The translations under genes were made by a program, and so were the position numbers. The notes beneath the pieces are model-generated. The model saw nothing but the letters and a program-made list of their open reading frames with translations, did not search any database and had not been told where the DNA came from. DNA of 63,030 bases, counting the filler, from Intoshia linei (taxonomy: Eukaryota > Animalia > Orthonectida), in assembly GCA_001642005.1 (NCBI GenBank). It is 4 parts of 4 records of this genome, joined end to end, with 100 filler letters (N's around TTAATTAATTAA, not from the genome) between each part and the next. Parts side by side here need not be neighbours in the genome. Positions count along the whole stretch, not along the records: positions 1 to 24,263 come from LWCA01000534.1; 3 more parts are not named here. One strand, 5' to 3'. Below are positions 1 through 11,939 of the stretch, piece after piece (positions within the stretch are counted from its first letter, which is position 1; the number at the start of each line of letters is the position of its first letter).

Positions 1-1
1 T

Positions 2-290
2 AGAGGTAAAGTTCTTGAGCGCTTTGTGGAATGCTTATCAGAAATTAAAACATTGTTAAGATATAAAGATAACTCTCAATTAGATAATAACGATCGGATT
101 GTTAGTATTAGGTTTTTTACTGACCTTGACTTGCATTTAAATGAACTTAACCTTAAATTTCAAGGGTACGGGAAGATTTGTTGTAATATTTAGTATTATT
201 AAAGCATTTGACTATAAACTATCAATATTCTATCGTAATATAGAAAATAAAGATTACAATTATTTCCCTAAATTACACAAATTCATGATA
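2..290 (+). mobile_element. Degenerate hAT transposase fragment (Charlie/SPIN/GTF2IRD2-like)
   Basis: Frame from nt 2 reads RGKVLERFVECLSEIKTLL...RFFTDLDLHLNELNLKFQG, then after a frameshift IFSIIKAFDYKL...YFPKL. This matches the SRGKVLxRF...FLxDxxxHLNxLNLKLQG...FPxL blocks of hAT transposases. Confidence 0.75.
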
Positions 291-805
291 GAATCAATTT
301 TTTAAGTCTAAATAAATGTAAAATTTATTTTTTTAACCTATTTTCTATCATCAAGTGGTTCGACTGAATTGACATTTTTGATTGATGATGTAACAAAAAA
401 CTTTTTAAAACAAAATAAAATTTTTGTATTAACATTTATTAATAATATTAAATATTAAATTTCGTAATTAATGTAAAAATGGCTAGTATTTATCGCGTCA
501 GTATTTTAGATGGTTTGTCAGTAGAAATATTAAATTTTCAGTTCATATAATAGATTGTCAGTGTTTATATTGAATGTTCTGTATAAATTGAAACTGACAA
601 AAAATCCTTTAGTAAAATATATTACAATACTCTACTATTGCCATAATTACATTCTATTTGTTCTCATAAAAAAATATTCTCTGGTGTGAACACCATAGAA
701 TATTTCTAATTTTTTTGCAATATAGTTTGTAGGTATAATATGGTATCTTAATATTTCAGTTTTAACTTGGGTCTGTCGTGGATGATATAACTCAAAAACA
801 AAAAC

Positions 806-1132
806 TCAATTTTTCCATTAAAGGTTTGTAAAAGTAGGTTTTCCCATAAGGGTTGGTAAAATCGAGATTTTTCCATCGGGGTTTGTAAAACCGAATTTTT
901 TCTTTTAGGGTTGGTAAAATTGGGATTTTCCCTAAAGGGTTTTTAAAATGGAATTTTTTTCATTAAAGGTTATTAAAAGTGGGTTTTCCCATAAGGTTGG
1001 TAAAATTGAAATTTTTCTTTAGGGGTTTGTAAAAGTGGATTTTTCCCTTAAAAGTTGGTAAATTTTGATTTTAAGTAAAAATGGTTAGATTTAAATAAAA
1101 ATGGTTGGATTTAAATAAAAATAGTTGGGTTT
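806..1132. repeat. Degenerate minisatellite: ~9 units of ~30 bp (TTTTCC.TAAGGGTTGGTAAAA...) followed by ~3 units of ~19 bp (AAAAATGGTTGGATTTAAAT)
   Basis: Directly visible tandem periodicity without unique spacers. A CAGTGATGGCAGCC-type terminus on the minus strand at ~1217-1230 suggests a subterminal array of a DNA transposon. Confidence 0.75.
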
Positions 1133-3878
1133 AAGAATATTCTCTTTTTTTAATATAAAAACACTAGAAAAAAATTTCTGAAAATAGTATTAAATTTAAC
1201 ACACCTAGTTTTAGTTGGCTGCCATCACTGATATATAGAAAATAACTATATTTAAAATTATTAGACAACCAAGGTAATCACTTCCACACACCCTGTTAAA
1301 AAAGTCACGCTACGCTACTGATAAATACATGTATATTAATAAAGCTTACACAATATTATCACTTTGGATTTAGCTATTATAATTATATATAGCTGTATTG
1401 TCGGCATGTGACTGTGAAGCTTTCGAAATAACAATTTTAAATATATATATTATATTTTTAATTTTATATATTTTATATATATTTAAACAAACAATATTGT
1501 GATAACCTTCAATCCACACTCTTCATTCTATAATTCTAAATACATTATAAATAATTGTAGTACGTCACTAACATTCCAAACACTGTGTTTGAACTACATT
1601 GACGCAGATGGAAAGCACTTTACACATTTTATTATAATACATTTATTTAATTTAACAACAACTCATTATGTGGAATGTCATTATAGGTCCATTTGCGTCT
1701 GGGGTTAAATAGATATCAAAATTGCTTGAACAACGCCTAGGTTCTGGGTACTATGGATTATCCGAGCTAACGGACTGATTTATTGCTGGGTTCGTTAAGG
1801 GGATATTGCGATTTCACATATATTAATAGTTTAGGTGGCCATATAAAAATTAATAAAAGTTCGGTCCGAACTTTATAAAATACTTCCTACCTTAATTGTT
1901 AAATAATAAAAAACAACAATAATAAAAAAAGTTCCACAATAATATATATAGGTTTACTTTAAGTAATAAACTTATTATTAATTTCATACGAAATTATAAG
2001 TACAGTCAAATTTGCATAATCTGAACAGTCGGGGATAGATTTTAAAAAAAGGTTTATAGTTTGCAATTTTGAACAAATTCAGATAAATCATCAATAAATT
2101 TTATATAAAAAATGGATAACTTTTTGTTGTGTGTGTCTGATAATATATAGATACATGTATGTATAATATAAATTTTATTTAATATGCATGCTTATAAATA
2201 TTTATTAACACATTATACAGTGCACATTAGGGGTGTGAATTTTAATAGTTTTTTTGGAAATTTAAGTATTTATTTCCAAATCCATTTGGAATCAATTTTC
2301 ATTGCTAGTTCCCGTTGTGAATAATGTAGTTTCTGATCGTAGAAACAAACGATATCTATTTTTTTCTATAATAACAGAAGGATCTCAAAATTTGGTATCA
2401 AATATTAAACAAAATGAAATCGTTACTTCAAAAATCGTATTATAAAAAAGTGAAATGATATGACTTCTTGACTAAACAAGTTTTTTGTCTTAATTATTAA
2501 TTCAATAGACAATATGTGAATGCTGAATCAGCATTGCTGATTACAATTATCAATGACTTATAGTGCTGGCGATAAATGTAATAACCACAAGACCAACAAA
2601 TATCATGTTTTAAATTGGTTATTTTTAAAAAGTCTGATAATATTGATAATCTTGTTAATTTGAAAATAATTAAATCTAAAGTTGAGATATTAATGTAAAA
2701 CTCGATACGCATGCCTACCGACAACATTGAAAGTGAAAAGGAATAGAATTGACCTGGAGCGCACAAATGTGTCACCACATACCTGTTGGATAGCACAAAA
2801 ATAAATTATACGTAGCAAATAATTTACATGACATAGATAATATTATAACGCATTTTTCACTCGTTTACTCTTGATAACATATTAGATACAAAAACATAGC
2901 TTAACATTATATAGAACGAAAGGTATAATTCTTAAAATCATTTTATTAAGCAGATTATGGTTTAACATTGTTAGTTAAAACATTTTTTATTAACCCATCG
3001 ACTTAATTACTAAAAATTGTGAATATTTTAAAAAAAAGTAAGGAAAACAATATTTTAATTTAAAATATAATAAAGTTTTTTATTTTGAATTTAAATTTGC
3101 ATTCATTTTAGCTAAAGGGTAAAAACACAGAATTTAATAAGCGCTTAGAATGTAATGAAATGAAAAATAAATATTATACGAAACAAAAATTCGAATATAC
3201 ACGTCTTTTTGAGAGGATCAAGGTCGACAATTACTGGAGTTATATAACACATGTAATTGAATGTGAGGTCGCAAAATATTTTTTATAGAACTGGGTTGCT
3301 TGACACAGAAAATAAATATGTCCTTGTTTAATTGATTTAATGATATCTAATAAAAATATCACTCGAGTTGATCGCATTTGGTATCATATACTTTGATCAA
3401 GAACTGAACTTACACCGCTGAATGCCATACAAATAAAAAGACCCCTAAATATTTTCCCATATACACCTAAACACCTCTCCACGCTCTGAGCTTCCCAGTA
3501 TATATGATTAAAAAAATTTTATGAGGGTCCTTAGTTTATTAGTAATAAACAATAAAATAAATAAAGTATTATTTATTAAATAATGAATTATTACATTCAA
3601 AAAATTTTATATTTTATTTTAACTCAATTTTAAGGGTATATAAGGCAATATGAGGTACAAATTATAAAATATACCATTTCACCATATTTTTGATTTTTTA
3701 ATAGCTTTAAAAGTCACAATAACGAAGCTATACATTAATTCCACATTTTAAACGGTATATTAAAAATTGGGTATCATCAATAAAAAATAAGACCATGGAT
3801 GCACTAAATGGGACTATTTTTATGAGAATATAATATATACTTTTCAAGAGTTTATAGAGTATTGTACTATTTTTAGAT

Positions 3879-5261
3879 ATGGAAGACCATCGTTTGAAAG
3901 TAACTTTAATATTGACTTTAATATTGTATTTTTTAACCCATTCAAGCAAGAAAAAAAGAGAAATTTATTCATTATTTTATTTTATTTTATATTCCTGTAT
4001 TTTTTATGAAAATTTAGCCAAATATTTCATTGGGCCATTTTTTAGTTACATTTTAATTTATATTATTTGTAAATATAAAAAAAAAAAGTTAAAAAATAAT
4101 TTGTATTATTTAATTTTAACATGGTCATTTTTATGGTCAATAATGATGCACTATACAATGACTATTGTTATATGTGATATTAGTTTTTTAACCATATTGG
4201 CAACATGCAGTCGCATGATATCAACTGTTTCATACATTTCCCCAAAACTTGAAACATTCAAATCAAAATCTAACCAACCGTCTAAACCAGATCAATTAAC
4301 AAAAAATAGCGAAATGATTTCAAAGGAACCTCAATTGATTTCCAATTTTACAGAGTTGTTTTTCTATCAAACGTCATCATTAGGATTTCCTTTGGGACCT
4401 TTATACAATTATGAAGAATTTTTGCAAATAAACAAACCCAGTAGAGTATACTTTACATGGAGCAAATTCATTCAGATTATATTGTATGCTATAGTAATGA
4501 ATTGTATAACAGAGTACATTGGAAAAATTGATGATACTCTTCAAACCTCATTTTACGACAAGTCTTCTTATCTGCAAGCAATAATTTATATAACATTATT
4601 GGCGGCAACGTTTAGATTAAAAATAACTGTTGACTGCATGTTTGTTGAAATGCTGATGAATGTTTCAGGTGTACCTGTATATAATAAAAACAATAAAACA
4701 AAAAGATGGCTACGTGGGATGGATTTTTTTGAATTTGAATCAAAAAACTCTATTAGAACAGTAATGATGGCCTACAATAAATCTACTCAACTTTGGATTT
4801 ACAGATGTTTCTACAAAATAAATAATCTCAAAAGATTCAATAAACCTACTTCTTTATCTATTGTAATAGCATTCAACGTTTTATGGCACGGGCCGTATTT
4901 AATGTACGGCATTGCAGGCATTTTATTTACGTTTGTGACCATTATGCAAGACAGAGTTATCCAAACATTTACCATTTATGAAAATAAAATTAATAAAACT
5001 AACGGTATGACCAGCTTAAAAGATTTAAATGAATGTTATCAATACATGAAAACAGGGAAATTAAATGTAAACATTTTTTTCAATTTAACAATGTGGATTT
5101 TTACTCATTTAACGATCGACTTTTTGATTATGATTATTTTCACTTCTCAATTCATTGTTATATGGAACCTGTGGACATTTTTATTCTTTTATCCTATTGT
5201 AATTTGGATTTTATTTTTTCTATTTTGCAAATTTTTCGTATATCTACATTTAGATAAATAG
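3879..5261 (+). CDS. MBOAT family O-acyltransferase, MBOAT7/LPIAT1-like, copy 1 (intact, intronless, 460 aa)
   Basis: Multi-pass hydrophobic ORF with GPLYNYEEF, RTVMMAYNKSTQLWIYRCFY and AFNVLWHG, corresponding to the MBOAT GP.., RxWNMTVQxW and catalytic WHG motifs. Confidence 0.85.
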   Translation: MEDHRLKVTLILTLILYFLTHSSKKKREIYSLFYFILYSCIFYENLAKYFIGPFFSYILIYIICKYKKKKLKNNLYYLILTWSFLWSIMMHYTMTIVICDISFLTILATCSRMISTVSYISPKLETFKSKSNQPSKPDQLTKNSEMISKEPQLISNFTELFFYQTSSLGFPLGPLYNYEEFLQINKPSRVYFTWSKFIQIILYAIVMNCITEYIGKIDDTLQTSFYDKSSYLQAIIYITLLAATFRLKITVDCMFVEMLMNVSGVPVYNKNNKTKRWLRGMDFFEFESKNSIRTVMMAYNKSTQLWIYRCFYKINNLKRFNKPTSLSIVIAFNVLWHGPYLMYGIAGILFTFVTIMQDRVIQTFTIYENKINKTNGMTSLKDLNECYQYMKTGKLNVNIFFNLTMWIFTHLTIDFLIMIIFTSQFIVIWNLWTFLFFYPIVIWILFFLFCKFFVYLHLDK

Positions 5262-6340
5262 TAATTATTATAATACAATGTGTAATGGAATTATTATTAA
5301 ACTTTTGAGTCGTCACTTTTTCACTTTGGAGACTAAAGTTCGAACAACTATGACAATTTTTTCAACTTTTTTTTAAATATTCACCAACTGCAAATTATAC
5401 AGAACTGACTGTACCCAATATTTGAAATAACGCGTCTTCCCGTCAAAGTTGACTTTCCTTACTCTATAAAATAAAAATGATAATTTGTCTGTTTGTCTTA
5501 ATAATTTCTATTTATAAAAAAATTAATAATCTTGCGCTTCTGATCCAAAGTAAAAATCCGCAGATACAATTGTAATATTGAATTGATCACACAAAAAAGT
5601 AAGGTAGTGATAATATTTGATATTTTGATGATTTTTCATAAAAATTAAATTTCATATGGTCGCTAAGAATGTAATTTTAAATTAACGGTTCCTGGTAAAA
5701 AAGCTTGGGAACTCTGGTTTAGACTTTTAATAGACACATTTTATAGGATAGTTTTATTCTGTAATTTTATGATAAATTTTCAACTTGACGATCAAAATAA
5801 AAATTATTTATTATTTTTAAAATTCAATTAAATTACAAAATTAAGTCCAATGATTAAAAAAAATTATTAGTCTTAATGCAGATTAGTTTACTTCAGTTTA
5901 TCTCTAGATAAATTTACATATTTCCGGTCAAAAGCGTATTTTAATATTTTTTCAAATTCAAATAGTGATTCCAAAATTTCAAAAAAATTAAAGAGAAGTA
6001 CAAATGAGTTAATATGTATATAATAGAAATACAAAATTCTGGGTTTCAGTCACCGAAACTATAAAATACATAATATTTTACATAAATACAATAAAATTAA
6101 AAAATAAAATAAAAATAACAATGATAAACAATGAAATGTAACAAACTAGATTATAAGTATACAAATATTTTATAGTATTGTAACAGCGTATGTTTAATTT
6201 AATTGTTATTTACGACAATATTGCATCAACATTTTAATTGCGCAAATACAATTGTACATTGAACACGCCATTTCAAAATACAAAACTTATTAAATTGTAA
6301 ATTTAATTTAAGCATTTTTTTTAATTGATTAATTTTAAAA

Positions 6341-7732
6341 ATGGAAGACGTTGCGATAAAAGTATATTTAATATTAACACTATTGGTATATCTATTCACT
6401 TATGCAAGCAAGAAAAAAAAAGAAATTTATTCATTAATTTATTTTATATTTGTAATTTTAGTTTTTTACGATAAACTGGTCAAATATTATATTGGACCTA
6501 TAGTAAATTTCTGTTTAATATATTTTATTTGTAAATATGGAAATGATGCAATCAGAAAACATTTGTACTACATAATTTTTACGTGGGCATTAATATGGTC
6601 ATTATTGATGCACTTTACAACTGAAATTACTATGACTCAAACAATTACCTATATTACTATTGTGTCTACATACGTCCGTATGTTATCATCTGTTTGTTCT
6701 GTGTCACCACAATTAGGCAAAATAGAATCTAATGACAAAAAAATTGATAAAATGGAGAATAAGCTGATAATGGCTCAAAAAAACGTCAAAATGTGTATTA
6801 ATTTCTAGTTTTAAAAAGTTATTTTATTTTAATACCTCATCGGTGGAAATTCCTTTGGGGGCAATATTTAACTACGAAGAATTTTTACAACTAAACAAAC
6901 CCAGTAAAATATACATACGATTAAACCACGTTATAAAAATTATACTTTATTGTATAATATTACATCCATTGGAGGCTTACACTGGAAAACCTGACATTGT
7001 ACTTCCAAGTCCGTTCTATGATCATTCTAATCAATTGGACGCATTTATCTATCTAACATTATTGGCGATTATATTTAGACTAAAAATCAGTATTAGTTGC
7101 CTCCTGATGGAAATTTTGATGAATGTTTGTGGGGTTCCTTTGTATGATAAAAATACATGTACGGAAAAAATAAATGGATACATGGTATTGATTTTGTCGA
7201 ATTTGAATCAAAAAACTCTATTCGTACAGTAATGAGAGCATACAACATGTCAACACAACTTTGGATTTACAGATGCTTTTATCAAAAAAATTGTCTTGAT
7301 AGATTTAAAAAACCCATTTCAATGTCTCTTGTTATAGCATTCAATGTTATATGGCATGGACCTTATATAATGTATAGTTTAGCAGGAATTTTAATTGTTA
7401 TAATTACGTTGATGCAAGAAAGTATTATCAAAACATTTGAAATTTATGAAAATAACAAAAATGCATCAAAGTCCAGTCTGAAGGATTTGAAAGAATGTTT
7501 TAGAGGCGTCAAGGAAGGAAATTTTAATTTTAACATTTTTTTTAATTTGATTATGTGGATTCTGACACACACTACCTTTGATTTTTTTATTATTGTTATT
7601 TGTACATGTCAATATTCAATTATATGGAATATATGGACCTTTCTATCTTTTTATCCGATTATTATTTGGAGTAGTCTTTTCATAATTTCACAATCTTACC
7701 TTTTATACATAAAGCTTTTAATTAATTATTAG
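6341..7732 (+). pseudogene. MBOAT7-like copy 2 with two frameshifts (pseudogene, assembly error or slippage-dependent)
   Basis: ORFs 6341-6808, 6843-7232 and 7157-7732 are collinear with copy 1. The frame switches at A7 (~6777-6783) and A6 (~7165-7170), and no suitable GT-AG intron repairs either. Confidence 0.75.
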
Positions 7733-8866
7733 AATTTGAATTTAATATATAATTAATAAACATTGCAATTGCTTTGACTTTACTTGATTTTTCTTAACTC
7801 TTCAATTAAGAGAAACGTAATTTTATGATAATTAAGGACATGTGAACATTTGATCTGATAGCTAACTCTTAAATGCAATATAATTAAATCTTAACTTCCC
7901 ATTTCTTAACTGTGTCATCCTGTCTCATATGGATCTTTTAGATAACGACTGCAATTATGAAATCAACCCAGCTAACAAATAAAGTCAATTATTTATTTTC
8001 TAATTTTGCAACTGAACTGCAACTTTCAAAATAGTACAAATAATGCATAACTATTAACAATAACATACATACATATTCTTGTCCTAACTTTTATAAAAGG
8101 CTACGCGATTTTTGTTTGTGTTTCTGTGTGTGTGTGTTCAGCTTTATTTAAATAACTGCCTGTCTTAAAATTTTTTAAAGACCACATTTGAATTACAGTT
8201 TTTTTCGGGACGTATATTAAATTATATTTCAACTTCCCAATTTCACATCTTAAGGGTCAAAAACCCCTGTTGTCCCTCTTTTTGAAAATCAAACGAGTTA
8301 AGGAATTTAAAAAAATATATACGCTGATGCGAATTTTAGAATCTAAACATTATCATAAATTTAAATTTAAAAATATTATATCTTCATGGCCAAAACTCCA
8401 AATTCCCTTCCTTTTTTTTTTGAAAACAGCCCTAGAATTTCCAAAAATTTCAATCCGAATAAGTGACGACTTCACGGTCAAAAAAGCATTTTAGTATCAT
8501 ATATTTTTTTCTGAATATTTTAGTATATCACACCTACACAGAAATAAAGCATATTATATAAGTAAGGATAATTTAAATTTAATAATTATTAAAATCTTCG
8601 ATTTCGTTGATAAATATGAATCGTGTGTTAATATTATTCAAATGATATTTTTACTGAACGAATCGGTTGAGTCCCGCTAAGAGGAATGAATTATTCTTAT
8701 TTGATAACATATTATCTAATTGTATGATGTAACGTGCATGTGTACTAAACGTACTTGTTTTGCATATGACAACAAACCTAAATACTGCATACTGAACTGC
8801 ATAATTTAATAATTGTACAATTAATTTAAGAAGCAAGTTTCATTTGACTATTGAAATTAAAATACA

Positions 8867-10269
8867 ATGCAAGATTTTCATCTGAAAATATCTTTTATGG
8901 TGCAATTCATAGTCTATATTTGCACTCATTCGAGCAAAAAAAAAAGAGAAATATATTCATTATTATATTTTATACTAATAATTTGGATTTTTCAAGACAA
9001 TTTATTGAAATATTTTATTGGACCATTCATTAATTTCTTTTTGATATATATTATTTGTAAATTTACAAAATCCTACATAAGGAATAATTTATATTACATT
9101 ATTCTAATATGGACCCTAATGTGGTCCACCATGATGCACTATACAACAGTTATCCACATGGCCGACATTTTTTTTGTAGTCATATTGTCTACATGTGTAC
9201 GCATGATTTCTTCCGTTTCATTCATCTCTACACAACTTGGAGAATCAACACCAAATATAGATATTGGCGACAAAATGGACATGACTGAAGTGGGAGAAAA
9301 ACATACAAACACGGATGAAACTGTTTCACAAAATTCCGAATTAATTTCAAATTTTAAAGAATTATTTTTCTATCAAACATCCTTACCAGGATTTCCATTT
9401 GGTGCAATATTCAACTATGGAGAATATTTACAAATTGTGACACCTAATAAAATATACTTCTCATTTCCAATATTCTTTAAAATTGTGATATACTGTATTT
9501 TATTAATTAATTTGGAGGTATATACATGTATTGGAGACGTTACTAATAATCTTAGCTTTTTCTTTTATGATAATTCTACCAGATTTGACGCGATTTTATA
9601 CATAACATTACTGGCTGGTACATATAGACTTAAAATGACAGCAATGTGCACAATTACGGAAATGTTTATGAATAATTGTGGTGTTGGTTTTTATAATAAA
9701 AAAAAAAAACTAACGAATGGATTCATGGCATGGATTTCTTTGAATTTGAATCAGAAAACTCTATTCGTACAGTAATGAAAGCATACAATATGTCTACTCA
9801 ACTTTGGATTTACAGATGCTTTTATCAAAAAAATCGTCTAGATAGATTTAAAAAATCCATATCAATGTCTCTTGTTATAGCATTCAATGTTATATGGCAT
9901 GGACCTTATATAATGTATAGTTTAGCAGGAATTTTAATTGTTATAATTACGTTGATGCAAGAAAGTATTATCAAAACATTTGAAATTTATGAAAATAATA
10001 AAAATGCATCAAAGTCCAGTCTGAAGGATTTGAAAGAATGTTTTAGAGTCGTCAAGGAAGGAAAATTTAATTTTAACATTTTTTTTAATTTGATTATGTG
10101 GATTCTAACTCACACTACCTTTGATTTTTTCTTTATTGTTATTTTTACTTGTCAATATTCCATTATATGGAATATATGGTCCTTTCTATCTTTTTATCCG
10201 GTTATTATTTGGAGTATTCTGTTCATAATTTCACAATCTTACCTTTCATATAGAAAGTTTAAGTTATAA
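8867..10269 (+). pseudogene. MBOAT7-like copy 3 with a single frameshift in an A12 run
   Basis: ORFs 8867-9775 and 9730-10269. One extra A in the run at 9698-9709 gives YNKKKKTNEWIHGMDF, collinear with copy 1 YNKNNKTKRWLRGMDF. WHG is intact. Confidence 0.75.
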
Positions 10270-10544
10270 TTAATTGTTAGAGTCAAATTTCAATAGAAAT
10301 TATAATAAACATTGAACACGCGTTGCTATAACTCTTCACTAGAGGGAAACATACTTTTTATATTAAAAAAGCGACATAAAAAATTGAGTTGGCGGTTTTT
10401 TATAATATAACTTGGTCACTCTGTATCCAGCTTTGGACCTACCATACTGAGACTTCTCTTTGAGAGTCTAGACGAAATTTTGAAAAAATATTGTCTCATT
10501 TTTTATATTGAGTATTAAAAAAATACATTCTTGAATATCATGGC

Positions 10545-11325
10545 TAGTGATGTGATGATTCCAAGGAATCAGAATCGGGGATCGCTGGAATCGTGGATTT
10601 TTAGGTATCGTAAGCGTAAAAATTGTAAAATTCGATTCTTTGCGACTTTTTTAAAAGAAAATAATACATTGCAAAAAACAAGTTTTTTTAAATTAAATTA
10701 ATTACATATAAATTATCGCTCCATACAATAAAACAATTAATTTTCCGAATATTGGTTTACTTAGGCTGACCATATTTTTGTCGTACTAAAAGTAATACTT
10801 TTATTGCTTATAAACAAAATATGTTTTTGATTAATTTTTGATTAGAAAAATATACATTTAAGTTAAATTTCAATTTATAAGTTTATTTAGTTTTGAAAAG
10901 TTCGTCGAAAGTACGACTTTTGACACTGTTCCAAAGTCGTACTTTTGGTCGCACTAGTTTACTTGTAAAATAATATTTATCTTCACCTCCTTCTTCAATT
11001 GAAGGTTTAATAATTGTCAGGGTTGTATGTTCGATCTGTTCTCCAAAACAAAATGAAATTTTTAGTATATCTGGTAAAAATCTAATTTTTTATCATTATC
11101 ATTTAAAATTATTTGGTTCTAATATTAATTTAATATTAATTAATTAATGTTAAGCATTCTTGCTATGTTTCTTAGTTGTTTATTTCGTAGTTTTATAAAT
11201 TCTTTTAGGTTTGGTTATTTTTCTAATTGAAACAAATAAAACTCACAAAAATAGTTTGATTCAAAAGAATTTAGAATAGCATGGGAATCGGGATCATTGA
11301 AAATTTAGGAATCGTCGCATCACTA
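10545..11325. mobile_element. Non-autonomous hAT-type element
   Basis: TIRs TAGTGATGTGATGATTCC / GGAATCGTCGCATCACTA, GGAATCG subterminal repeats, and a degenerate 8-bp TSD (ATCATGGC / ATCATTAC). Confidence 0.7.
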
Positions 11326-11939
11326 ATCATTACTAATTTGTTTATTAAATTTATAACGTTAAGCCAAGAATCTTGTACAGGTAGCTAGGGCCATAATAAT
11401 TTTTAAATAGATGTTTTTAAAAAATGTTCTGTATAATCTGTATTAAAATGTAGATTAAAATGATTCTTTTATTTTTAATATTTTTAAAAAAAAAAGATAA
11501 ATGGGGATTTTTATTCTAAAAGAGTAAATTTTTGAAACCAAATTTGAGATAAAATCTAATCCTCGAAAAACTATTAGAAATAGGTCTGGTATAACAACTC
11601 CTCTTTCGTAAATAAACGGAAAAAAATAAATTAAAATACTAAAACCCTCAATTCAACCAAAATGCAAAATTTAACCATGGGACACAAACCAACAAAATGT
11701 AAGATTATAACGTACTAATATTACGCTACATGTATGTATTTATCATATACATGTATGGAAATTTAGTATTACTTTGATTGTTTTTATAATTAAATGCATG
11801 CAAAATATAAATAATAAATACGATATACAATAATAAATGTATAATACGCATTATTTTGTACGTATTAACAGTGTTGACATACATAATAGCGTGGTAAAGT
11901 AGATGCATTAATTGCATCATAACTTGAACTAATGATGAA

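Noticed and set aside
806-1070. CRISPR-like periodic array
   Set aside because: Units abut with no unique spacers, no cas genes are present, and the context is eukaryotic.
6785-6808. GT...AG mini-intron that might repair MBOAT copy 2
   Set aside because: The 24-nt candidate keeps the frame and leads to TAA; the frame-correcting 16-nt candidate is far below the ~30-nt minimum seen here.
8270-8494. ORFs in the dispersed repeat (also 36429-36698, 25343-25582, 50654-50854)
   Set aside because: They lie in non-coding repeat or MITE copies, and the frames are not conserved between copies.
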